A stretch of 64,000 nucleotides of DNA from contig NC_042999.1 of assembly GCF_006345805.1 (NCBI RefSeq), positions 2,666,001-2,730,000 on the forward strand, given 5' to 3'. Below the pieces are notes generated by a model. The model did no database searches, was not told the origin of the DNA, and worked only from the letters and a program-made list of their open reading frames with translations. Source of the DNA: Octopus sinensis (taxonomy: Eukaryota). Positions 48,513-60,779 of this stretch are shown here, one piece after another; the stretch's first letter is position 1; every line of letters begins with the position of its first letter. A program made the position numbers and the translations under genes.

Positions 48513-48639
48513 GTATATATATATATATATATACACAGATATGTATATACTTATACAGTTATGTGTATACCTATATATTGGAATGTGTGTCTGTGTGTGA
48601 GTGTGAGTATACATATATATATGTATGTATGTATATATT

Positions 48640-49105
48640 CTTTTACTTTAGTATTTTGACTATGGCCATGCTGGAGCACCAACTTCAGTCGAACAAACTG
48701 ACCCCTGGACTTATTCTTTGTAAGCCTAGTACTTATTCTATTGGTCCCTTTTACTGAAATGCTAAGTTACAGGGACTTAAACATACCAACAGTGGTTGTC
48801 AATCAATGGTGGACAAACACAGACACACAAACATATATATATATTTATAGGTGGTGCTATTAAGTTACGCCAGGTGGTGCGATTAAGTTAGACATGGTCT
48901 GAGCCAATACTGGCCAAAACCTTTCTAATTTATATATATACATACACACGACGGGCTTCTTACAGTTTCCGCCTACCAAATCTACTCACAAGGCTTTGCA
49001 TGAACTGAGGCTATAGTAGAAGACACTTCCCCCAAGGTGCCACGCAGTGAGACTGAACCTGGAATCTTGTGGCTTGGAAGCAAGCGTCTTACCACACAGC
49101 CACGC
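48640..49105 (-). mobile_element. SINE family D with an insert in its internal microsatellite
   Basis: Both halves present; about 85 bp extra at 48845-48930 containing a short tandem duplication. Confidence 0.85.
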
Positions 49106-49559
49106 ATGTGTGTGTTTACAGATATATACATATCTACACATATGTAAATAATATGTATATGCACATATGTATATATATATATATATATATATAGGTTCAT
49201 AGGAAAGGGCATACGCAAATGTACATGTATGCCTTCTGTTAAAAGGCACTTGAACTCCAAATAATCACCAATCAACACAAAAGACGTGGATTATTAGATC
49301 AAGAAAAATAAACAAGACATCAAAACTGGCACAGTGCTTTCGGTGGTTATTTTAGGGCCCGAGATAAAAGGAAAAGGAAGGAATACACAACAGGGAAAAT
49401 AAATCAAGGAGATGATGAAGATTTACAAATGTATATTTGCAATAAATTACAAGGATATAATAAAGGTTTACTCAACTACACAATTATACTGGGGCTAAAT
49501 AAAGTTATCTCTGTATGGATATATTCCAAACACAACATATTGCTGACATAAAAACTCTC

Positions 49560-49716
49560 GAGTTTCTGTGCGTGCATCTATATATGCATCTATGTATGAA
49601 TGCATGTATGTAGGTGTGTATATACATATGTATGTATGGATTTATGTATGTATGAATGCATGTATGTATATATGTATGTATGTGTGCGTGTGTAAGAATA
49701 TATGCATGTATGTAAG

Positions 49717-49747
<31 letters not shown>

Positions 49748-49889
49748 ATGGATGCACGTTTGTATGTATATATGTACTTGAATATCCTTATTTATATATA
49801 GAGAAGCATATGCAAATATACATGTATATATATATATACACACATATATGCATATATATACACACAAGCACATATATACATACATATAC

Positions 49890-49924
<35 letters not shown>

Positions 49925-50619
49925 TATATATATACATATATACAGATGCATATAGATACACACAAACACACAAATATTTATATACATATACATATATATA
50001 TATACACACACATACATATACGTATATATAAATACATACATACACATATATAAATACACACACACACACACACTTATATATATAAATATACACACACACA
50101 CACACTTATATATATGTGTGCGTGTATCTTTATATATAGAGAAGGACAGGTGGATCGATAAATACCTACTCACATACATACTTCTCCTTATAGGCCACTT
50201 TCAAGAGAGCTTGCTCTATTTCCATACCTTAAAGGTCAGAATAAACAGTCTTCCAAGTGGCAGTGTTGAATGATGTGAACACGTTTTCCTTAGAAGATAT
50301 ACAAGCAGGGAAGAAAAATAACACACTAATGATGACAGGCAAAAGAAAATTACTTCCAAAACCACATGCATACATACATACGTGGTGTGTGTGTGTGTGT
50401 GTGCGTGGTGTGTGTATATAAGTATATGTATTTATATATATATATTTATGTATATATATATCTGTATGTATATATATGTGTGTGTGTATATATATGTGTG
50501 TGTGTATGTGCATTGCTCAATATAAGTATATTGATATACACACACACACATACAAACATATATATCTATATACACAGATACACATATATGTTTACGTGTA
50601 TACATACATACATACATAA

Positions 50620-50671
<52 letters not shown>

Positions 50672-50963
50672 GTATATATATATATATATATATATACATA
50701 TATACAATTATATAAGGGTAGATATAGAGGTAGTGAGATAGAGGGATGTATATTGATATGATTATATATATATACATGACCGTATTATAGATGGATAAAT
50801 AGAAAGAGGGATAGATAGATTGATGGATAAACGAACGTATGTGTTTGCTCATGTATAATTATATAATAATATATAATATAATATAATGATATGATATACA
50901 TACATCATAAATACATATACATATATACCTACATATATATATATTATATATATATATACCTAC

Positions 50964-51001
<38 letters not shown>

Positions 51002-51020
51002 GTATATATATATATATATG
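49560..51020. repeat. Long (TA)n/(CA)n/(TATG)n microsatellite field
   Basis: Seen directly, with short unique interruptions. Confidence 0.85.
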
Positions 51021-51499
51021 TATGCACGTAGATATTAGTAAATAGTTTATGAATGGAAGTCATAATGCTTTTTGCTGCTGTAAATATTGCTTATTCTTTT
51101 TCTCCCATTCATTTCGTATTCTGAGGCCCCCTTTCATCTTTGGCTAAACTGTTCATGTAAAAAATCTGCCGTGTTATTATCGTAAAGCTAACAGCTATTT
51201 TTGGTTTAGTTCTGCTGGCGAGCAAATATATTATGCACAAGCATATTCTCTACAAATCTGTCTCTCTCCTCCTCCATCTCACTCTCACTCTCTCTTGCTC
51301 TCTCTTTCATGTACTTTTGTCCCCCTCTTTCTCTAATGTGTTTTTTACTCTCCCTATCTCTCACTCTATTTCTCTCGCACTTATATAGATTTATATATAT
51401 TTATTTATAAACATACATATAAATGTATACATATATATATGTGTGTGTGTATGTATGTATATGTATATATATATATGTATATTGTTGTTGTTGTTAGGT

Positions 51500-51850
51500 A
51501 GTGGGTAGCGATTTTCTTCACTACTTCACGTAGTGACGACCCTGCCTGACATGAATCCCGGGCTCAGCTGGCTCTGGATGACAGTACCCGGTATGGGCCC
51601 CTATCCAGGGTTACGGAAAGGAGACAACCTTCAAAGAAAATTCGGAGTGGAGCCCCGTATGCAGTTTAGTGTTCGACTCAACACTCTTCTGGCTGCTCCT
51701 GCAACCAAGCTCTGCACTAATATGGACTACACCAGCAAGGTTGAGAGTGGAATCCTGACGATTGGGCTACCCAGGCCTGAGCAAAACTGGAGAGGACATG
51801 AAATAGAAAAAACCAGACTGGATTAGTTTATGCTCAACTCCATTGTCTCC
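51500..51850 (+). mobile_element. GC-richer repeat-like fragment, possibly a LINE 5' region
   Basis: Composition contrast with flanks; resemblance to RTE 5' regions is recall only. Confidence 0.25.
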
Positions 51851-51873
51851 TGAGACAAAAGGATGCCAACAAG

Positions 51874-51916
<43 letters not shown>

Positions 51917-51964
51917 TATACATTTATAACATCTGTCTGTCTATCTATCTTTCTATCCATCTAT

Positions 51965-52420
51965 CTATCTACAGTAGTAATTTGTCAAACACTGACCTGG
52001 CTTTCCTGGTGAACTTTAGTTCAGCTGGCAACATACCTGAAGTGGTGTTGGGGTTTGGTGTTATTCGGTAGACACTTAAGAACTGCATCAATGCAGTATC
52101 AGCTAGAAGCTCATTTCTAGCTATTTTCAGTACCCTCTTAAACATGTCTACGAAACGTTCTGCAAGTCCATTCAATCGCTGATGGTATGGTGGAGTAGTA
52201 ATATGCTCCATTGCATGCATTTTGTAAAAGACTTTAAATTCCTTGGACATGAACTGAGCTCTATTATCAGACACTGTAGTGTCTGGGCTGCCATATCAAG
52301 CAAAAAGTTCATCCAGAAATTCCATCGTTACTTTGGAGGCTGGATTCCCACATTTAAATATTTTCAGCCATTTCGTGTAACTATCCACGACTATTAGATA
52401 ACATCTTCCATTTAATGGTT
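51965..52420 (-). pseudogene. Gypsy/Ty3 integrase core relic
   Basis: YLIVVDSYTKW, SDN..QF.S.EF, TTPPYH.RLNGLAERFV..FK, FL..YR.TP, PAEL. Confidence 0.85.
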
Positions 52421-52559
52421 CTGTTATAACAACAACTATAACGAGAGCAGTAGCAGCAACAGTTACAATGGTAACTACAGCAACAACAAGAACAATAGAA
52501 ATAGCAAGAACATGTACAACAGCAACAATTACAACAACAAAATCAACAGTTGTTGGAAT

Positions 52560-53930
52560 TATTATTGCAGTCAAAAAACACTTCAGGTTCATTTTCATCA
52601 GATGTAGTTGCTAATTCAATTGAAGAATTCATGTATAATCCAGAAGAAGGGATTATGTTTTCTGCATACTTCAGAAGGTATGAAGGAATCTTCAAGGAAG
52701 AGTGTAAAACAGTGTAGAAGCTGGCTGGATGAAAAAAAGGTACGTTTTCTTTTAAGGAAATTATGACCAGCAGAACATGAAAAGTTTTGTAATTACATCT
52801 TGCCCAGGAAACCATCCAAAATTTGTTTTGAGGAAACAATTAAGCTATTATCTAAAATATTCAGTGAAAGAAGTTTGCTAATTAATATTCGCTGGAAGTG
52901 TTTGAATGTGAATAAAAAGCAAAAAACAGAAACGGAAGATTTCATCATGTTTGCCAGAATCGTAAATAGAGAATGTGAAAAATTTAAACTCAACGAATTA
53001 AGCCCAGACATGTTTAAATGTTTAATCTTTGTACAAGGATTAATGGCAAGTAAAGATGCAGAGATAAGGGCTAGAATGTTGACAAAGCTTGAACAAGATT
53101 CAAAACTAACTCTACAAATAGTGGCTGAAGAATGCCAAAGAATTATAAATCTATGATAGGAAGCAGAAAAAAATTGAAGAAGATTATTCAAATATACATA
53201 AGCGTCGACCTGTAACAGATAAGAAAAAAGAAGAACAATACTCAAGACCTAAACCATGTTATGGATGTGGAGAAATACATTCCAAAAGAAACTGTCCTTT
53301 TAAGAATCTAAAATCGAAATCGAAATCAAATTTGATGACTGGCATCCGTGCTAGTGGAGCGCTAAGAGCACTATCTGGCTTCCATGCCAGTGGCACGTGA
53401 AAAAACATTTGAGTAAGGTCGTTGCCAGTGCCACTGGATTGGCTCCTGCACAGGTGGCATGTAAAAAACACCATCTGAGCATGGCCGTTCCCAGTACTGC
53501 CTGACTGGCCCTCATGCCAGTGGCACGCAAAAGCACCCACTACACTCTTGGAGTGGTTGGCGTTAGGAAGGGCATCCAGCTGTAGAAACTCTGCCAGATC
53601 AAGATTGGAGCTTGGTGCAGCCATCTGGTTCGCCAGTCCTCAGTCAAATCATCCAGTCCATGCTAACATGGAAAGAGGACGTTAAACGATGATGATGATG
53701 AAACCGTTTCAGATGTGAAGTTGGACACAAGAATTCACATAGTTGGACGAAACAAGAAAAGGTGAACGAAAAAATTCGAGATAAAAAGTATTGTCAACAC
53801 AAATGCAAAGCGAGGCACAAAAAAGAGAATTTGTCTCTACAAAAATAATGTGAATATGAGACTACAGTTAGACACAGGTAGTGACATCACAATAATTAAC
53901 GAGGATACAGGGAGAAAAATAGGAAGGCCT
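52560..53930 (+). pseudogene. Gypsy/Ty3 gag-protease relic interrupted by an RTE 3' end
   Basis: Gag-like frame 52560-53160; zinc knuckle CYGCGEIHSKRNC near 53255; protease LQLDTGSDITII at 53856-53930. Confidence 0.8.
53320..53700 (+). mobile_element. RTE LINE 3' end with (AAATC)n and UTR units
   Basis: AAATCGAAATCGAAATC as after the stop codon of the 8857 ORF; conserved terminus and (GAT)n. Confidence 0.85.
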
Positions 53931-54292
53931 AATAAATATTTTGGACAAATAATCACAAGTCAATTTATCATCATCGTTCAATGTCCATCTTCCATGCTAG
54001 AATGAGTGGGACGGTATCACAAGAGCTGGCCAGCCTGAAGTCTGCACCAGGCTTCTGTAACTGTTTTGGCACAATTTTTACATCTGGATACCCTTCCTAA
54101 CACCAACCACTCAGCAGAGTGGGCTTAGTGCCTTTTTATGTGACACAAGCACAGGCGAGGTAAGTTCCCAATTAGTGTGTTTAAATGTTGAGTAAAGCAC
54201 CGGTACAGTTTAGGCTATCTGATGTCAACCACAGTTGTGGCACACTTCCATTGGATCTACTTCAGGAACTCCACATTGGCAGTTAGTGTAAT

Positions 54293-54744
54293 AGTATTAA
54301 TTAATAGTAGTTGATGGATTTCGTATTAGATTTTTATTAGGTACACGTTTCAACCTGTCAATCTGGGTCTCTTCAGGGACATTGATCAAGAAGTCTCACT
54401 AGAGATTTTTCGTATTGACTGGTTTGTTGTTATATGTCCATCAAGTTAGGGAATGAATAAAAGCAAATAATATTATAGAAACGCAGAAAATTCAAATATG
54501 AATGTGGAAATCTTGTATTCCAGTTTAGATCAAATTTGAATATTTTGCATCTCTACAATATTATTTGCTTTCATTCATTCCTGAATTTGATGGGGATATA
54601 ACAACAAACCAGGCAACACTAAAAAACTCTTGTGGGACTACTTTACTAATGTACCTGTAGGGACCGAGACTGATGGGTCGAAGCATATGTTGGACCAAAT
54701 AAAAGTCTAATGCGAAATCCATTTCCTATTATTAATTAATACTA
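54293..54744. repeat. About 205-bp imperfect inverted repeat made of a PLE-like family
   Basis: 54293-54497 is the diverged reverse complement of 54533-54744; third copy at 59345-59760. Confidence 0.8.
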
Positions 54745-54975
54745 TATATATGTATATATATATATATATATATATAGAAAGAGAGAGAGAGATAGATAGA
54801 GACAGACTGACAGACAGACCGATAGACAGTGATCTATATATATATATACACACATATATATGTGTGTATATATATATATAAATATATATATATGTATATA
54901 TATATATATAGAGAGAGAGAAAGATAATTAGATAGATAGATAGGCAATAACCTATATATAGAAATATATATATGG

Positions 54976-55170
54976 AACAAGTACAAAGATAAATTTTATT
55001 CAGCGCATAGATACTGAACAGTATATATAAAGGATGAAATCCTTTTTAAAAGCAGAAATATTTGCCGCCAGCCACTGACGGTAAATTGTTCTGCTTTTAA
55101 AAAGGATTTTATCCTTTATATATACAGTTCAGTATCTATGCGTTGAATGAAATTTATCTGTCTACTTGTT
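54976..55170. repeat. Near-perfect foldback (about 82-bp arms), MITE-like
   Basis: 54976-55057 pairs with 55089-55170; 4 mismatches in the inner 67 bp. Confidence 0.85.
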
Positions 55171-55224
55171 TTACAATACGTTTCAATGCTTCGAAAACAA
55201 ACTTGTTTGTTTACATACGATGTG

Positions 55225-55260
<36 letters not shown>

Positions 55261-55389
55261 CTAATATATATATATTAAATAAAGAGAGAGAGAGACAGAG
55301 AGATATATTTAGACGGATAGATAGATAGACAGTGAGCTCTCTCTCTCTTTTTATATATATATATATATATGTGTGTATGTATGTATATA

Positions 55390-55740
55390 CCGTCATCATG
55401 GTCATCACTTCCATTAGGTGTTTTGTGCTTCCATGATTTGAATGCCTCACCATTTTCTACAATAATAATTCCTCGTATCCTTGATGGGTTTCCCTATACA
55501 ACAACCAGCCTTCACCATTCCTCCACATCCATTCTTTGGCTTGGTCTTTATCTTCAGCACTTTCCTTCTACTCAATTTCCTTGGCATCCTTTTACCCTGT
55601 CTAGACTCTTGCACACTCCATCCAGGCCCTCTCCTTCCCAGGTTTTCCCTCAGTTCATTGTGCGTTATCACTCATGCACGCCAACATTATGCATGCAACA
55701 CAGCATTCATGGCTCATTGCTTTCCAGCCTTTGTACATTC
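55390..55740 (-). mobile_element. Highly decayed RTE 3' fragment
   Basis: GKTWEG.. (RKTW-like) on minus, followed by terminus-like sequence and an ATG-rich tail. Confidence 0.35.
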
Positions 55741-55972
55741 CTTGGGTTCTGCTTCTCTTTCTCTCATATGTATGCAAGTATGTATGTATATATATGAATA
55801 TTTACATGCATGCATGTATGAATGTATGTATATATAAATGTATGTATGCATGTATGTATGTATGAATGTATGAATGTCTGGTTTAAAAAGCCACATCAGA
55901 ATGCCATGATGGTTCTAAGGTGTAGGTACAGGAGGTGGTCAAACTCTGCATAAGGAGTAGACAACCACCATG

Positions 55973-56005
<33 letters not shown>

Positions 56006-56030
56006 ATGTATGTATATATGTATATATGTG

Positions 56031-56352
56031 AGGGCGCGTGGCTTAGTGGTTAGGGCATTCGGCTCATGATCGTAAGGTTGTGAGTTCGATTCCCAGCGAC
56101 GCGTTGTGTCCTTGAGCAAGACACTTTATTTCACGTTGCTCCAGTCCACTCAGCTGGCAAAAATGAGTTGTACTTGTATTTCAAAGGGTCAGCCTTGTCA
56201 CTCTCTGTGTCACGCTGATTATCCCCGAGAACTACGTTAAGGGTACACGTGTCTGTGGAATGCTCAGCCATTTGCACGTTAATATCACGAGCAAGCTGTT
56301 CCGTTGATCGTATCAGCTGGGACCCTCGTCGTCGTAACCGGCGGAGTCTTTT
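56031..56352 (+). mobile_element. Young full-length SINE C/T1
   Basis: TGGCTTAGTGG A box, GAGTTCGATTCCC B box, CORE-like body, T1 tail; CpGs retained. Confidence 0.9.
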
Positions 56353-56548
56353 AAAATATGTATATATATATATATGCATATATGTATATATGTATATATT
56401 TATGTATGTATGCATGCATGCATATAATATGTGCATACATATTTTTTATGAACATATATAATATATATATGGTTTTATTCCTATGTACATATGTGTGTGG
56501 GGAGGTTATATACAGAGAGAGAGGGAGAGACAGAGAGCAAGATGGATA

Positions 56549-56583
<35 letters not shown>

Positions 56584-56879
56584 CAAATGGGGTTTAAACT
56601 CCAGTTATTTTTTATATCTCTGCCACACCTAGAACTTGCCTTGAGTTGGATCTACGGTTTAAATAGGATTTGGTGCTTACATATTTATAGTAAACTACCA
56701 ACACCTGATACCATAATAGTTCTTTTGCCTCATTGTGAGCTCTATGTTATTGTACCTAGTCATTCCTGATATTCTGTGTTGTACCTAGATTCTAGTGAAT
56801 CCCTATAACTAACACACACAAGCATACATACACACACACACACACACACACAGAGGATATATATTGGGCCTCATAGAGG

Positions 56880-57580
56880 CAAAGTAGCTGAGTTCCTTTC
56901 AAGTGTTGGGCTTCACAGAGGCAATGACCAAGACCTTTGGCAATATGTCGTGCTTGAGAAGAAGACCCATGAAGCCAAGCAAAAGCGCAGTTGTGGAAGA
57001 TACTGGTGTCACACAAATGGCAGATAAAAGCACCCATTACTCTCTCAGAGTGATTGGCATTAGGAAGGGCATCTAACTGTAAGTGTACCTGTTCGACAGA
57101 GTTAGTGTTTTAACAGAGAACTTAACCATAAGAGGAATTATTTTCTGTGTTTGGGAAAGAAGACTGCACTGGTTTGGTCATGTGATGTAGAGGGATGTCA
57201 GCAGCTCCATAAAGAATGCTTATCTGTGGAAGAGGAAGACCCCTAAAAGACATGGGATGAAGTACTGAAGAACGACCTCAGACAGCTGAACCTTTCAGGC
57301 AAGATGACAAAGGACAAGATACCTGGTGACTTGCTGTACTCCACAGCAGAAATGTTAAGACCAGTCCCTCTGGTGGTGAAAAGCACTCATGGCAATTCCA
57401 TGTAAAAGCACCTGTGTGGTGCCACATGAAAGCATTCTACACACTCTGTAAAATGATTGGTGTTAGGAAGGACATCCTGCCATAGAGACCATGCCAAAAC
57501 AGATTGGAGTCTGGTGTAGCGCCCCAGCTTGCCAGCTCTGGTCAAACCGTCCAACCCATGGACATTAAATGATGACAACG
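56880..57580 (+). mobile_element. Two decayed RTE 3' fragments
   Basis: LHWFGHVM, GRGRP.KTWDEVLKNDLR (with frameshifts), followed by the family terminus. Confidence 0.65.
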
Positions 57581-57619
57581 ATATAATTATACACTTCTAT
57601 ACATGTAAGGGGTATGGTT

Positions 57620-57890
57620 TAGAAAGATACCAGCTACTCTGCCAACAACAGCAAGGCCACGATGGTGGCCAAAATCTTTGAAGATTTTCTCGGGGACACA
57701 GTGAAGAACACATGCACTGGGACCCTGAGTTGTCTTGAGGCCATGGTGAAAGGGCAGCTATTTTGAGTATCTCCCAACCATAATCTAGTTAATAAAATTT
57801 TTATCATTTTAAAAATTCTTTAATTTTGGATGTGGTAATTTGTTTTCTTAACCTTTTATGCAAACAAACTTAGCCAGACACCCTGTACAT
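57620..57890 (+). mobile_element. Tc1/mariner 3' end relic
   Basis: FEDFLGDTVKNTC..LEAMVKG and a CACCCTGTA TIR end. Confidence 0.5.
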
Positions 57891-58077
57891 ACCTGTACAT
57901 ATACATATCTCCTTCTTCGTTTTCTTTTCGACTTTGCTATGCTTTTTGTTTCCAAAGAAGAGTTATGCTTGAAACGTAAAACAACCACTCTTTTCTTTCT
58001 CCGAGTATCTTATTAATACTTTACATGTGCTATGTCCTCACATTTTTTCTTGTCTTTTTTCTTTGAATTAAATATGT

Positions 58078-58114
<37 letters not shown>

Positions 58115-58117
<3 letters not shown>

Positions 58118-58420
58118 TGTGATCACGTGACCAATCAGGCTATCAGATGTTGCTACACATCGCTGGTCACATTGCGCTTCGCATTGTTTTAGCCTTCAAT
58201 GATGCCACCTCGCTGGCTAATCGAGCAGCCCAACAGAAGAAAGAGTGAGAGAAAGTTGTGATGAAAGAGTACAGCAGGGATCACCACCACCTCCTGCCAG
58301 AGCCTCGTGGAGCTTTAGGTGTTTTCGCTCAATAAACACTCACAACGCCCAGTCTGGGATCGAAACCGCAATCCTACGACTGCGAGTCTGCTGCTCTAAC
58401 CACTGGGCCATTGCACCTCC
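58115..58420 (-). mobile_element. Full-length SINE B/T2
   Basis: Homologous to 24176-24476; (TA)n on both flanks. Confidence 0.9.
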
Positions 58421-58458
58421 ATATATATATATATATATATATAATATATATATATATA

Positions 58459-59230
58459 TATAATATCAACAATTGAGGGTAAAATTAATTAATCAATTTC
58501 ACCAAGTGTTCAGTATGTAAAAGGACCATTTAAGGCGAATTCAAAATATTACATTATATAATTAGGGCTTAGTAAAATAAATTACTTTGCCACATACTGA
58601 ACTTAGTAGAAATAGCAGCCAAAAAAAAAAATTTTTTTAGCCATTTCCACTACTTAAAGAAAATTTCTCTCAGATAATGTTTACTCCAGACAGCTCACGA
58701 AGGTTTGGAGGTAAATACAGAAAAATATCACAAGTACATAGATCGTTTGAGTACGTCAACGTTTCAAGATTAGCCAAATAAAATCAGCATTTCTTTCGTC
58801 AGCGCAAAAATTTCTTAATTGGATTTGGAAACACTAAAAAGAAGGAACTTTACCTATCGCGAACTTATCGCTTCAGATGAACCAGCTCCTCCGACTGAAA
58901 GTGTCAACAAATTCAAAATGCGCAGGCGTAAAATTCTGCACTCCCCATTCCACCCACGTGGTCTATCTAGCAAACATTATATTTTAACCGCGAGAACCGA
59001 GGCAGTATGACAGAGAGAAATGAATTATAATATCAACAATTGAGGGTAAAATTAATTAATCAATTTCACCAAGTGTTCAGTATGTAAAAGGACCATTTAA
59101 GGCGAATTCAAAATATTACATTATATAATTAGGGCTTGGAAATGGCTAAAAAAATTTTTTGGGGCTGCTATTTCTACTAAGTTCAGTATGTGGCAAAGTA
59201 ATTTATTTTACTAAGCCCTAATTATATAAT
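58459..59230. mobile_element. Hammerhead-bearing element with 112-bp direct repeats and an inverted terminal segment (PLE-like)
   Basis: 58459-58570 equals 59026-59137; 59138-59230 is the reverse complement of about 58551-58648. Confidence 0.8.
58746..58808 (-). ncRNA. Near-intact minimal type I hammerhead ribozyme motif
   Basis: TTTGCG-CTGACGA-AAGA-22nt-TCTT-GAAA-CGTTGACG-TA-CTCAAA; one stem I mismatch. Confidence 0.65.
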
Positions 59231-59344
59231 ATATATATGTATATATATATATGTATATATATATGTATGTATGTATATATATATATATATATATATATTG
59301 GATAAATTATGCAAAATGTATAAATTGATGATGAGCACAATTTA

Positions 59345-60054
59345 GGTTACCTGTTGTTATCCGTAGATTTACTTCAGGAACTTCACAGTGGTGATTGGGG
59401 TAATAGTATTAATAAAATAGGAGATGGAATGTGAATTAGATTTTATTGAGCACAGCACATGTTTCGACCTGTCATTCTGGATCTCTTCAGGTACATCAGT
59501 TAAAAAGGTCACACTAGAGATTTCTTGTGTCAGCTTGCTTAGCCCTATATGTCCATCAAATTTAAGAGTGAATGAAAGCAAAGAAACATTATTGGAATGC
59601 AAGAATTTCGAATATATACAGCAAGCAAATTTGCTAGTTCTAAAATCTCTATAAGAGATGCAAGTAGTAACTCTACCCCAAAAAATATTGTTTGTTTCCA
59701 CTTCAACATGGCTGTTCTGTATGGAACAATGTTACTACTCTTTTTTAACTCCAGGAAGGCACCTCCTGCAGCTAGTTAACAATACAAATCCTGTGCGCGA
59801 TATAGTGAGCAAGGGAGTGAATCCCTCCCATTACTTTAAATATATATGTGACCGCGTGTGTATTGTTGGCGACTTTTTTCCTCCATCTTCCCTTCTTTGG
59901 ATCTTTCCTTCTCCTATGTTTTTGACAAAGAGCTCCGCTCAAAACGTTAAATTCTTCTACTTTCTTTCCTTTCCTGAGCGTCCAATGACACTATGCTTGT
60001 TCCACATCCTCACGTTGTTGTGTTTTCTCTTTGTGTTTTCATGTTTGGATTAAC

Positions 60055-60095
<41 letters not shown>

Positions 60096-60380
60096 ATACA
60101 TACACACACACATATATATATATATATATAAATGATGATGATGATGATGATATATATATACATATATATACATACATATATAACTAAATATATATATATA
60201 TATATATAGTAATTTAAAAAAGCAAAGAACAAACACAAGAAACAAACAGGACGTAGTACATGCAAAGTATTAACAGATGCTTAGGGAAGAAAAGAAAGGT
60301 AGCTTTTACATTTCGAGCAAAGCTCTTCACCAGAACAGGAGATGGAGGAAAGTCCATGAGAAAAGGACGGCAGAAAATAT
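59345..60380. mobile_element. PLE-like relics: 59345-59760 (family of the 54293 repeat), 59800-60060 and 60225-60380 (AGAGC/GCTC hammerhead family)
   Basis: Homology to 54293-54497, 43210-43300, 41440-41660 and 57900-58070. Confidence 0.6.
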
Positions 60381-60413
60381 ATGTATGTATATATATAAAT
60401 ATGTATATATATA

Positions 60414-60455
<42 letters not shown>

Positions 60456-60735
60456 TATTATATATATATATATATACACATATATATATTTAAGTGAAGG
60501 GCCTATGATCCTTTAAGCAATATTTGCATCCTAGTTCTCCGGTTTATACCAGTGCTCAGAGAAAACTAAATGCTTTAGTTTTGCATTGGTGTATATTGGT
60601 ATTTCAAATATTTATGAATGAGAGAAAGAAGTAACTAGAGAAATATATATATATAAGAAATATATGTATAAGTATATATATACATAATATATACACATTT
60701 GTATATATATATATGTGTGTATGTATGTATGTATG

Positions 60736-60779
<44 letters not shown>

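Noticed and set aside
56035-56100. tRNA-like sequences at SINE heads (also 15400, 24400, 5220)
   Set aside because: A and B boxes are present but they run straight into SINE bodies, and no complete cloverleaf was seen.
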